A stretch of 50,610 bases of DNA from Octopus sinensis (GCF_006345805.1 NW_021834258.1:1-50610), one strand, 5' to 3'; positions 1 to 11,965 are shown, counted from the stretch's first letter. Notes: a model not told the origin generated them from the sequence alone. Program-made: numbers and translations.

Positions 1-218
1 CCACTCCGATTGGCAGGTCACATCAGATGGCAATGGCAATCCCAGCTTTTTCCATACGGCGACGCAATCATCCACAGCAAATGATTTCCTCTGTTCGTTT
101 ATTTGAGAAAGAACAGTGTCGATCAAGCCGATCCCTCCAAGGGAAATTGGAAGAGTTGAACACAATTAAAAAATTACATCTAGACCAAAAACGGTCATTC
201 AAAAACAGTCTTCTCTGA
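1..218 (+). CDS. 3' end of an unidentified upstream gene (possible degenerate WW-like motif followed by a short coiled coil)
   Basis: Frame 2 reads DWQVTSDGNGNPSFFHTATQSS (WW-like) and frame 3 reads LQGKLEELNTIKKLHLDQKRSFKNSLL*. AATAAA at ~257 follows the stop. The frame link between the two pieces is unresolved. Confidence 0.3.
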   Translation, partial: TPIGRSHQMAMAIPAFSIRRRNHPQQMISSVRLFEKEQCRSSRSLQGKLEELNTIKKLHLDQKRSFKNSLL

Positions 219-299
219 TTCAAAAAATAGTGCAACACTCTTCAATAATATATATCAATAAATGTCATTATTTTATAAATATAAATTAGCATTCAAAAT

Positions 300-1281
300 A
301 TGTCGGCTGATGAGAGGATAGAGCCTTATCTTTCACACTTTGATATTATCGAACTGGAAAGAAAAATATCCGAGATCAAATCGATGGATACTACAAATGA
401 GCAAGTATTTACTTAATTCATTATCATTCCACTAGCCAATTGATATAATCAAATTTATTGACCTTACCTCACTTTCTGTCTACGACGATCCTTTCCGACT
501 CAAAAATATATGTTCCGTAGGTGTCAGGCCTATTCATTATTCTGAATCACATGTCGCTGCAGTTTGCTTTTTTTCTCGATTTTCGAGAGAAATAAGTGAA
601 TATCTCTCCAAAGAATCTTATTCTGATAAAATTAAATTAGCAGTAGGTCGACTCATGCTGATAATTACATTTTAGTTTGTGGAGGGTTTCCACATGCACA
701 AATTACTTTATTTGCCAAAGAGGCTGAGATTCGGGACGCCGTAGCCAGTGGAGTCAATGAAATCGACCTTGTTATTCCTCGAGGATTGGTCTTTGCAAAA
801 ATGTGGGACGGTCAACTTAAATATTATATCCACAGAACTTCTCAATGAAATCACAGTCCTTAAAAAGGCATGTGGATCTTGTTTGTTGAAAGTGATTATC
901 TCGTCGGGAGAACTCAAAGACGTTGACCTTATTCAGAAAACTGCCGCGGTCTGCATTTTGGGGGGTTGAGGATTTTTGTTGAGTTTAGGCTCCGACTTTG
1001 TTAAACTCTGCACAGGAGTTGGAGATGATTTGGCAACCATAGAGGCTGGGTTTGTCGTAGCCTCAGTAATAAGAAAGTACTATGAGACTACTGGAAGAAA
1101 GGTGTGTTTTTACTAATCGCAGATTGGCTTAAAAACAAGTGGTGGAATACGGACTGTTGATCAGGCGATGCAGTGGATTTGTCTGGTCAAACGGGAGCTG
1201 GGAAAAGATTGGTTGACTCCTCAACTATTCAGAATTGGGGCTAGTTCGCTTCTCCAGAACATCGTTAATGTTTCACAGTGA
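300..1281 (+). CDS. DERA: Deoxyribose-phosphate aldolase, animal type, 6 exons
   Basis: Removing GT-AG introns 405-435, 647-675, 811-835, 965-988 and 1102-1122 gives one open frame: IDLTSL..DD, AAVCFF, GFPHAQ, EIDLVIPRG, DFVKLCTG (Schiff-base Lys), GLKTSGG, LGKDWLTPQLFRIGASSLL. This is colinear with human DERA. Confidence 0.95.
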
Positions 1282-1435
1282 TTTGTTCTGGTTACTTAAA
1301 AGATTTTTTTGACTTCAATTTTTAAAATCATCAACTTTGTAATTATCAGTCAATAAACTGCTTTATATTTAGCGGTCAATAATATTGGAAATAAAGTGGT
1401 TATAAAACTTGAATGAATACTCAGAAATTCTAAGA

Positions 1436-4096
1436 TTACGTTCCTCTTTTGGAAAGTTATTGCGTTGGGAGTACCAGTTGTGGCCTTTCATTTCTCTGGA
1501 TGATGAATAATATCAAAAATACATGCAATAATTTAGCTTTGGGTTGAATGAATTATTGGAAATTGAATAATGAATTGATTCTCTCATTTTTTCTTCCGGT
1601 AGTCTCCCTTGCATATATTTTCCAGGTTTGAAAGGAACTTGACTTGTTGAACTTAGTTTTTGGTGATATTTAAAAGAAATGTTTTTTGGCATTTCTTTGA
1701 ATTCACTACAAATCAAATATTAAATTTATAACTTTTGAAAACTATTTAAATTCGGTTCTACTTTATTCCTGGCTTGAACATTTTTATTTTTATCCGGTTC
1801 TTGTCTTAATTGAAAATTATTTTCATGCATATCTTTCCGAACCTTAATTTATTGTTGATTAGTATACAGATGCTTTAACATTTTTATTTTTATCCGGTTC
1901 TTGTCTTAATTGAAAGTTAATTTCATGCATATCTTTCCGAACCTTAATTTATTATTGATTAGTATACAGATGCGAGTTCATTGCTTAGTGATTTAACCAT
2001 TTCCTCGTTTTTTGCATCCAATTGCTCGAATTTAAAACTATTCATTTTTTTCATTTGCTCAAATTTGTCATTAATTAAATTGAGAAAGCTTGAAGTATGA
2101 AAATATTTAATACGTTTTTTCTTGCTGTGATAATTTTTCGAAAATTATTGCCTCTCTGCTTACATCAAGTTTTTCTAGCAATTTTTTATCAGTAGAAATT
2201 TCTAGTTTATTCACTGTTGAGTTCATTTTCTCCTTGTTTTATGAACACGTGATTACATTAATGCTTTTAATTTCTGTACGCAAAAATTCAGTTTCTTTTT
2301 CAAAATCGCTGCAAATCTGCAATTACTTTATTTTGATACCGTTTTTTTCAATCTTTCTGCAATTTCCTCAAGTTGTTTATTAAATTCTGATTTTAGTACG
2401 TCTTGTTCATATTTGTTTTGTTCGAGTTTGTTTTCTAGCAGACGAATCTGAGATCTCAACCCGTCAAATTCTCGTATTAGGTCAGAATTTAAATTTCTTG
2501 TATTTTATGTTATTTGGCTTACTTTAGACTTGAGATTTCTTCATTTGCTGCATTGTTGAATTGATCAAATGAATCGGCCCGTTCTGTTAATTTTTTGTTT
2601 AATCTTAACTATTCAATAATAAATTACTTTTTAACACTTTCCAATTCTGCATCAATCTCATGAAATCTATGAATGTTTTGGTCCAACATTTGTTTTGACT
2701 TGTCTGTCAAAAATCTATACCTGTCGATTATTTCCTGAGAACTTTTCAACCCTATATTGTTTAGTATTCACTCTTACAGTCATTTTTGAGTGGTGATAAG
2801 TTATTTTGTTGTTTATTTGGATTATAAACAGTTTTGAATTCTGTAAGTTGCTCTTCATCCGATGACAAGACTAATTCAGAAAGATGATTTTTGGCGCGAT
2901 TTTTCATTTCCTGGCATTTTATAGACATTTCTGATGCCAAATCTTTAATTTTTACATTTCTAAAACTATCACAATAAAAATCACATTTCAGATTGTTTGC
3001 GGTTTCTATTATCTAGTTCTATCGATTTTCTATCAACGTTCTCTCTCCTACTTTGAGAGTTGCCTGTATTTCGAATATCTTTCGGAATAAGTTTTATTTT
3101 GTCGTTTGGAGGTTCTGATGTTCTCATTTGAAGTGATTTCGGTTGTAATTTGTGTGGAGTATTTTTTGATATGTCACAATGAGGTTTGCTGGAATATTTT
3201 CAAAAAATAATTACCGCAAGATATTTTTGTTCGGATTTTTCAGAATATCAAAAACTTGTGAATTTTTTGAATAGTCGAAAGCAGATTTTCCTTTTATAAA
3301 ATTCGGAAATAAACCAGAACGGTCGACAATGTCCAACTTTACCCCAGCAGTTACCAAGAGTTCTGAGATCTCAATATTTTTCTTTTTTGCTGCAATAATC
3401 AGCGGAGTTCTGTTTTATCAGCAATGCACCACATACTCTCCTTCGTTGTTTAACAAATTAAAATCCAGTCCATTTTTTATGATAAATTTACACATTTCAA
3501 CTCGATTTTGGTCAACAGCCAAATGCAGCGGATTGTTTCCATCCTACCGTGAATCCGCACAAGACTACCATATTCGGGACAAATAAAACATCAATCTCAG
3601 ATCTAATGTTTTGAGCCATGAACAAATTTCCAAAATATGCAAAATAGTGGAAAATGTTGTTTCCAAATATGTCTTGTACGTTCGTGTCAGCACCATGTTT
3701 AAGCAGTGTGAGCATACATCCCGTTTTGTCCTCGGAAGCTGCCTTAAGATCAAATCATTTTAACAACCGTAAGCAGCGGTGTTTTGCATTCTGAGTCACG
3801 AATGTCATGTCTTGTTCCGAAACAGCGCAATAATTTTGAGACAATCTCTATATTTCCTCTAGCAGAAGCCAAGTGCAATGCAGTTCTGAATGTCGACCAA
3901 ATATATACCGAGATTTGTTGTCAATTATATTAGGATCACGGATAGAAAGTTTATTGAACTCCTCAACATCTCCCGACAAGGCGATTTTGTGAATTTTTTT
4001 AATTGACCCTGCATCACTAAGACTAAATCGGCTAAATGGTCTGTCGAATGGATTTGTGTTTGTTTTGTGTTTTTTAGTACGGAAAAACTTTTTCAT
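1436..4096 (-). CDS. ANKRD26/POTE-family protein: N-terminal ankyrin repeats plus long coiled coil, many mini-introns
   Basis: Spliced translation: KIHKIALSGDVEE..KSR|TALHLASARGNIEIV..KTPLLT|AASEDKTGCMLTLLKHGADTNVQDIFGNN..|DGNNPLHLAV..|TPLIIAAKKKN. Introns are 23-27 nt. Heptad-rich exons follow (LRSQIRLLENKLEQNKYEQDVLKSEF). The last exon ends ..FPKRGT*. Not every middle exon was resolved. Confidence 0.8.
1777..1973 (-). repeat. Two-copy 100-bp tandem duplication (25-nt intron + 75-nt exon) within the ankyrin gene
   Basis: Near-identical units start at 1777 and 1877. On the minus strand each is GTATACTAATCAA(T/C)AATAAATTAAG followed by VRKDMHE(I/N)NFQLRQEPDKNKNV. Confidence 0.85.
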
Positions 4097-4158
4097 AATA
4101 TTGTTTCCATAGATATATTAACAAACATAAATTAAAAAATATTAGTCAATCAAAAAAA

Positions 4159-5445
4159 TTAAAGCTCCAATTTAAAAAAGTTGGAGAAACCTTTCGGGTA
4201 GTTAAGGTAGCGCCTAGGCAAATAATATCGATAATCCTATGAAATTACAGCAACCAGGACACCGATTGCATTACATTTCGCCACAAATCATAATCTGCCT
4301 CATTTGGACGTAACTCCTCGCAATCCCATGGAATCTCATCAATCAAGGAAAGACGTGTAAAATCGGGGTCAGTATACCTGCAGTAAATTCACAGATTTAA
4401 CATTATTCGATAATTACGTAACAAAAGTTCGTCGGGTTTCCGCCAATCTCTAAATTTGTGCAAATCTGCCTTATCATAAGAATCCAAATCTATTTTCTGT
4501 ACATCACTGGCCAACTATTGGGTTATTATCACCCAATCACCATTTCAATCTCAAAATCGTCATCTTTATGTTGCAAATAATCCTCCCAATCAACTTGGAT
4601 CACCTCTCCGTATTTCCTACGATATATAAACAGAGATTTACCTCATAAGCGGAAGAACTGTACCCACATAACACTCCTGAATTGCTTCAATCATATTTTT
4701 GTGTACAATCCACTCTTAATCTCATATTCCTGCAAACTTAAACAACAAAAAAACAGGACGGTTTCTCTCAATAAGACTGAGAGTGTATTCAGGGGAACAG
4801 TCGAGAAAGACAGTAAGATGTGGGTAAGGCAAACTGCATAAACTTTGACTGGAAATATATTTATAGTACTCAAAAGCTGGGATATAAAGTAACTGAGTCT
4901 ACCAGCTTTACTAATTAGTCCGCATGAGTGGAGGGCAAAGGCGTAGGGAAGGTCTGACCAAATTGACCTATTTAAGACCACGCCTTGTCCAGTATTCAAC
5001 ATGTGGGCTACAGAATCGGCATATTGACGGAATCGGAGATCAAATATGGAAAGTTGTATTTTTGAAGCTTTGATCCCTGGATTTGGATCTTTGAACCAAT
5101 CCTGAGGGAGTAGGTCCTCAAATGTTTGGGAAGTTGCTCGTCAAAAGGTCTCATGTCTAATCCGTTCGGTAACTTGAAACCGTCTTGGTCGTGATTGATG
5201 TCGGGAAAATAACAAAATTTGAAAAAATCTGAAAATTTTCGACAAAATGATTCTTTTCCAATTCCAATGTTTCCGCAAATTATTATTATTTTGCTGTTTT
5301 CGTCCATTCGCTTTAATGTTCCGTCAATTATTGAGTGCAACTTGGTATATCCATATTTTTTATAATTCCAAGGTTTGGGCTTTGTGTTTTTGATGTACGA
5401 TGTTATTCCTCGGCGAGAATAATTCAGAAATATGAACTTGTGCAT
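4159..5445 (-). CDS. NDUFA10: NADH:ubiquinone oxidoreductase subunit A10 (deoxynucleoside-kinase fold); two apparent 1-bp deletions
   Basis: PWNYKKYGY, IIICGNIGIGK, FRQYADSVAHMLNTGQGVVLNRSIWSD, LPYPHLTVFLD. About five 24-26-nt introns. The frame breaks near 5103 (ctc-ag-gat for S-L-E-D-W) and near 4697 (A-run). Confidence 0.9.
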
Positions 5446-6992
5446 TGTCACACAACAGCAAGTTTTTAATGTAATTAATTTTATTTTAAAATCAAGATTG
5501 CTTTATAATTTCACAAATTGTGATTACAAATTTGATTTGTCTCAAGTAGATTTGAATATTATCGATTGATGAATAAAAATATAGAGTTTATCGAAAGAAA
5601 TATGAATTTAACATAAAGATACTTATTTAATTTATAATTATTTAAAAAGTTTAAAATTGGCATTACCTCACATCAGCGTTGTTAAAAATCATGATTTTTT
5701 AATTTCAATCGGGTTTTTATGAAATACAGTCAACCCTCGTTAATCCAGAAATTCAATCGACTTTCCCTTCGGATTATAGAGGATGTAAAATTTATATGAT
5801 TGTTAGATAAATAATCAAATAATAAACACAATTATTTATTGAAAAAATAGAATAAAGTTCATTGTATAGTGTTTTTAATTAATTTTTGTAAATCATCAAG
5901 ATGTGTTTCAAATTTTTGACAGTATCGTTTGTTATATTTTGAAAAGCAATTCGAAAAAGAACAATTTGAATGCATCAAATAAGTAGTTGGACTAATATCC
6001 TAACTCTCTTCGACCTGGTCATCTTTAGCATTAAGCATGATATCTTCAACAGTGTATTCTTCTTGAATCAGCGCAATGATTTCATCGTTATCAATGACTT
6101 TTTCTGTTTGAAGCATATCTTCTTCAATCATAATTTGGTCCATCTCATTATTATGTGCCTCAGTAATTGGATCTTGGACAACTCTTCTTCAGCATAAGAC
6201 TCATCAAGACCTTGAATAATTCCAACTTTTTTGAAACAATAATTTCTTGTTTCACATTTGCCCAAGCTTCATGAAGTAAAAATATTCCATGTTTAAGATT
6301 AACAAAAAAGTCTAACGATTGATCAAGCGAGTTCATATAATCAACCACTAACTCTTTTCTGTAATAATGCTTTAGATTGTTTATTATTCCTGCATCCATT
6401 GGTTGAAGATGAGCAGTTGAGTTTTTTGTAAACTTTATAACTTCAATGTTTGGAAAATTGTTCTTCAAAATGTGACTTGGCGTGTTATCAAGAAGCAATA
6501 AAATGTTTGTCATATCGCTTCAGCTCATCTTCAAATAGCAGCATCATTCAATTAAACAAATAACGGTCATCCAAGCTTTCGAATTTGCATAATAATGACA
6601 GAATTTTCCACATTGAATCCTTTGAAACACCTTGGTTTCTGGTTGTGTCCATAACAAAAGGTGTCATTTTAATTGATCCAGTTTTATTAAAACATAAAAC
6701 AACAGTTATTCAAACTTTAGATTGTTTTACGCTTTTTCTTTGGTTAATGAAATCGTTCTTGTATGAAATGCTTGAAAAAGTCCTGTTTCATCCATATTTA
6801 GTATAACTTTAATTTTTCAACCATTTTTTGGTCTATGTGCTGAAACATAACATCATTCATTGAATTTGCTTCTCCTTGAGGATCTTTCAATTTCAATTTG
6901 AATCGATTTTTGAATCTATATAGCCATCCTTCGCTAAATTGCAGGTCTTCAATATTTAGCTTTTTTCCAAATTCCTTGCTTTAGAATAATAA

Positions 6993-8485
6993 CACCCCTC
7001 GACATAAATATTGGTGAATCTTCAACTTACTTCATTCATACAAAGAATGATTTAATTTTTTCTTCAGATATATTTTAAAATCTGATAAAATTGATAAAAT
7101 TAATTTAATTATTTAAATTTTGAAATTTTGTCTAAGAAATTTGGAAAAAACAACGACTTTCATTGGCATAAAATTTGGTTATTGTGAGATTAATATGTAG
7201 AATAACCTCCTTTTGCCGAATAGATCTCCCAACACCTTTTTTTCATTGACTCAACTAATTTTTCAAGTGTTTTTGATGGAATAGAATTCCAAATATCTAA
7301 TAGATTTTCCTTCAGTGCCTGAATGTTCTCATTTTTTCTTTGCCTAATTTGAACTTCATATATGCCACAAATGCTCTATCGGATTTAAATCCGGAGATTG
7401 CGAAGGCCATTCAATTTTTTAATATTTTTTCGCGAAAATATTGAATAATCATTTTGATGTATGGCAGGGAGCGTGTCTTGTTGAAAAATATAGTCAACAA
7501 TCCCCATTTTTTGTACAGAAAATGGCAAATTATTGGTCAAAATAGATTGATATTTTGCAGAATTAAGCGTTTTGTCTATAAATACCAAATCGCCTACCCC
7601 ATGATAGAAAAAAAAACCCCACCCATGACTTTCCCTAATTTTTTATTACATCATATTTACCTTTTCCAAATTTGACAGTTGGAGTAATATTTTCGAATTT
7701 ATTCATTTCAAATTTTTTTCTATACACAATTTTCTTTTTTGGATCGGTAATAATTCAAAAATACATTCATCAGAAAAGATTATTGATCTAAAATCATGGT
7801 TTGAAATTTGAAGAAATTTTTGGACGATCTCGAATCTGGAAACCATGTGTTTTTTGTTAGAAGTGGTTTTTTCTTTGCAATTCTTCCGAAAATTCCATTT
7901 TTATTTAAATTTCGTATTATGGTTCGAGACGAGACACGTGTTCCAGAAAACTTTTCTATTTCATTAGAGAGTTCAGAAGCAGTTAAAGATGAATTTTCCT
8001 CTGATGTGCGTACCAAATGATTAATTTGCACATTATTCAAAATTGATAGTCTTCCAGAACCATGTTGGCGGTCATATGATCCAGTTTTATTGTATTTCTT
8101 GATAAAATTTACGACTGTTGAATATGGAACACCGGTTTCTTTAGAAATTTTAATATATGACATATTTAAGTCGTATAGCGCAATTATTTTCCCTTTCATA
8201 AACGAATCGAGAGTATTATATCTAAAAATATTTTTTATTAAGATCAATCTCTAAATACTAGCATAATTTGACGGTTTAAATTTTATAACCAATTTTTATG
8301 TCACTAACCTAATTGCCGACATGCTTTAAATTTCTTGCAATATTAAAATTTAAATCTATTTTAATTATAAATACAAAAAATATTATTTTAGAAGAAGATC
8401 TAAAGGATCTTAAAGTATGAATTTATTCGTTTTTAAATGAAAAAAAGCAGGAAAGATAAATAACCAAATTTTTTGTCGAGGGGTG
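6993..8485 (-). mobile_element. Tc1 transposon inserted into the pogo HTH-coding region
   Basis: TIRs CACCCCTCGACA.AAA..TTGG at both ends, with TA on the right. ORF pieces: KGKIIALYDLNMS..YSTVVNFIKKY..SGR, RIAKKKPLL, FQQD, WPSQSPDLNPIEHLW. Confidence 0.85.
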
Positions 8486-8929
8486 TAATTTCATCAGTCA
8501 AGTAACCGTTAATAGCATCCATTCGAGATATCCATTCTATCAATGAATTCACAAAAGATAATGATTTTTAGAAGCTTGTCTATAGTAAGTGTTTGAGATC
8601 TCACTATTTTTCCATTGTTCTTTATTTTTCAAAATTTCAGATAAAGTAGAATTTCCTAGGTCCAGGTTTAATTCTCTTCTGATAAATTGAGGCAATTCAT
8701 TCAGCGACATTTTCCTCGAATCCTAATTTACAAATCTGTTCTTTTAGATCAATTTTGAGTTCAGTCCTTTTTCTAACCATAGAATTACGAAAAGCGTGTT
8801 GTTATTAAATTTCTAAAAATTAATCAACAAAATTATTTTTTAATTTTTTTACTAAAACTGTGTAGTATAATAAAAACGGAACATGTAACAAGAAAAACAA
8901 TCACGTGAAACTAGCTAATTAGAAATCTA

Positions 8930-9520
8930 GATCTTCAGTGATTTCTCTTCTTTGCTTGGAAGACGAGTTTTCCATAAACTTTCTTTCATTCTCTATTTCT
9001 GCGTCAATGAATTTATTCAATTAATGTTCTCACGACATACCAGCTCCGTAAGTTGATTGGCGGCAGAGGCGTACTCCTCGTTGTCTACCTTCATCCCGTG
9101 TCTGTGCTCGATAACCATACTCTCTAGCGTCCTCTTCAGCACAACGGACTGGATGTATGTCCTCGTTCCTTCTTCAATGGATAACTTGTCCATATGAGTT
9201 TTAAAGAACTTTGAGACAACTCCATCCCATGTCAAGACAATTGGAATAATCTTCACTTTTGCTTCATAGAAACCGACAGTTCGTTTTTGCAAGCAGTTAT
9301 ATTTGTGAAATTTCTCCACTTCAACTTGCTTTAAACGGTCTTGCGAGGTAACTCCCACTTTGATTAAATGAATTTCTCTTTCCTTTTGTCATAAACGAAA
9401 ATATCAGGTTTATTGAATTGGACTTTCGTTTCAAGTCATATTGACGTGTCAACTCTGATTCGACATTTTGGGTCGACATTATGACACAACCAATGTCCTT
9501 TCAATTTCCTGCTTCGATTT
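8930..9520 (-). mobile_element. 5'-truncated R4/Dong-like non-LTR retrotransposon, restriction-like endonuclease (RLE) domain
   Basis: EIRVDT..NKPDIFVYDK..LI(K)VGVTSQD..VEVEK..KY..KIIPIVLTWDGVV..YIQSVVLKRTLES (PD-(D/E)xK RLE). Confidence 0.8.
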
Positions 9521-9739
9521 TTTAATAATAATAAATAAAATTAATCCGAAATTATATTGATCCTAGCGTTCGGATTCCAGATTATTGAATTTTCGAGTAT
9601 TAATCAAATTTGGCAGGAAAAAGTTACAAATTTATAATTTCAATTAAAAAATTCGGATTATAGAAGTTAAGATTAACGAGGTTGACTGTAAATTATTTTT
9701 ATTCAAAAACAAAATTAATAAAATAAAATAGAAATCATA

Positions 9740-10430
9740 GTTATTTAAAAGCTGTAAATAAAGACAAATTTGGCAGCCTTTTCAATTCCAAGTCTATTTC
9801 GTACATTTAAAAGTCGAACAATTCGTTCTATTCCACATGTTGAAGCGGCTGCTCCAAGAATTTTTTTGACGAGTGAAATTGTTTCATAAATACTTCAAAA
9901 CGAGGTCAATCTCTACTGTTCCCACAACATGTTGGGTCAATTAGATTCGCAAGTGGAAAAGTGTTAATGCTTAATCAGCTTGAGTTTTCACTTTTTCTAA
10001 AATAGCCGTACATTCATAGTCCATATAAGTCTGTTCAAGTTCCTTCCAAATTTCTACAGCATGGCAAATTTTGTCTAAAGCGACAGCAATTGGATATTTT
10101 TCAACACGACGTATTAGGCAAATATTTTGGACTTTGGAAGCAATATCTGTATCAATATCGGATCTGTCTTCTTCACAAGTTACATATCTATCAAATTTTT
10201 TTTCGATAACGTCATCGTAGTAACGAAATTCATTGATGATTGGTCCTTCATTCTCAGGGGCAATTCTCTGATTAAACCACTTTAATTTTGAACCGAATTT
10301 CAGGATATCAACATTAGTTCGGCATAACAAATAATGATGCCTCATTCGAGATACGAGACCTTTTACCTCCTTTCTGCAATTACCAGTCTTTCCAGAATTC
10401 TCCAAGACTCCAGACATTTAATAAATTTAA
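9740..10430 (-). mobile_element. hAT transposase C-terminal remnant
   Basis: The ORF at 9971-10417 continues, after a frameshift, into KILGAAASTCGIER..VRNRLGIEKAAKF, which resembles the hAT dimerisation domain. Confidence 0.6.
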
Positions 10431-10981
10431 GCAATTTTAAATGATTTTTTTGATTTTTTAACGATTTAAATCATTGATTTTTTAGGTTGATTAAAATCAA
10501 CTCTAAGGTCACAGGTGGCCCCTAGGATTCAATTGTGGTCCCTTTGTTTTTCTAATTATTTTATTTTTGTGTACTTCAACTAGTAAAATTAAACCTAATT
10601 TTGATTTTTAAGTAATTAATAATTGTTAAAAAATATTAGTGTAAGGAAATAGTGAGGAAGCTGCGTTTTAAACTCATTAAAAGATTAGGAAGATTCTGGC
10701 GATTATATACAGCTTGCTCGCGATCTTGGTGTCAAGAGAACAACAGCTATAGCTATTGTAAAAAGTGGAAATCCGTATTTTTGTAAACATTGAGGTGGAA
10801 GGGATGCTACGAGTAAACTTACGGATGATGATATGAATTTGTTAATTGAAAAAATCGAGAATAATCCATTAATAACAATAAAGGAATTACGAAAATTTCC
10901 AGAAATAGTCAGGAAAATATCGAAAAAAGAAAAATATTTTCATTGGGTTATCAACGTAATACAAATAGAAAAATAAATTTA

Positions 10982-11250
10982 AAGTGAAAATAATCCCTGT
11001 GGTACTTACTTGGGATGGAATTGTCTCAAGATTCTTCAAAAGTCATCTGGATTCTATCGCAGTGAAAGACAGGGTGAAGGCATACATCCAGACACTGGTG
11101 TTGCGGAAGACCTTAGAAAGCATGCAAGCCGAGACAAGGCACAGGTCATCGATGCCTGTCGAAAAAGTATCCCCTGAATCTAGACTGCGCGTTGACATGA
11201 ATCTGCCCATCCGTGCACTGAACGGGAGGGTGAGGTTGATGAAATAAAAC
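10982..11250 (+). mobile_element. Second R4/Dong-like RLE 3' fragment
   Basis: KIIPVVLTWDGIVSRFFKSHLD..KAYIQTLVLRKTLES, homologous to the 9017-9358 ORF. Confidence 0.8.
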
Positions 11251-11459
11251 ACTATAAATAACGAAAACGGAATAATTATTAATTTTTGTCTGAAAGTGAA
11301 AAATAAATTTGGACAAAACAAATTTCAATTTTTTACATTAAAAAAATTCGGCCGATCCTATATAGAATCACGTGCAATAATTCTAGTAAGGGAAGCAAAG
11401 GAGTGAATCTTAACCTCATTTTGGCAATTGATGACAATGGAACAATTGTGAGATTTTTT

Positions 11460-11965
11460 TACATGCTAACAACACTTGTTTTCGTTAAACCGTGTAAAAT
11501 TATTAGAGAAGTTAACTAAATTAGATGAGTCGCCGAGCGGATGGACAGGCAATTTCCACGTAATATCGCGAACGATATCCGCTGAAGAAGCCAGTTCGTT
11601 TCACGACTGTCTTGACTCCTCCTCGAGATGATTAAACCAATCTCTGAGAGGAGTTTGAGGGCTTTTGGTCCAATTATCTCACTGGTCTCGAAAGCCAGAG
11701 GAATGAAGCAGCAGGTATCGGTCAAAGAGCCATATTTTGCAGTTTTCCTAGATTCCGTAAGGGCAGATGGAGATCCTGGACGAGAAGCGCAGTCAACCAA
11801 CGATGATGAGGAAAATGAGTCTACACAGGTAACATCCCACACGAGTGCCCTGAACGGGAATAAAGTCGACCCATCAGGGCGTTTTCCGTCCCCACGGTCC
11901 AGTCCTATCGGTTCTAACATTGAGGGGAATCCAGCGGTGTTAAGCGCGCCCTTCACAAAATCTAA
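11460..11965 (-). mobile_element. CRE/HERO-like RLE non-LTR retrotransposon, 5'-truncated
   Basis: LEPIGLDRGDGKRPDG..WDVTCVD..KY..FIPLAFET..LQRISFAILRGN. Confidence 0.8.

Larger units (their letters stand above)
5727..9688 (-). mobile_element. pogo/Tigger DNA transposon, degenerate, carrying nested insertions
   Basis: TIRs CAGTCAAC(C)CTCGTTAATC at 5727 and 9688, each flanked by TA. The transposase starts at 8780 (MVRKRTEL.., CENP-B-like HTH) and resumes after the Tc1 insert with FSEGWLYRFKNRF..QGEANS and DDE_1 LLLDNTPSH..STAHLQPMDAGII. Confidence 0.85.

Noticed and set aside
1-218. Salvador (WW + SARAH) identification
   Set aside because: The second Trp of the WW motif is missing, the linker does not match, and the frame join needs an unconvincing 19-nt intron.
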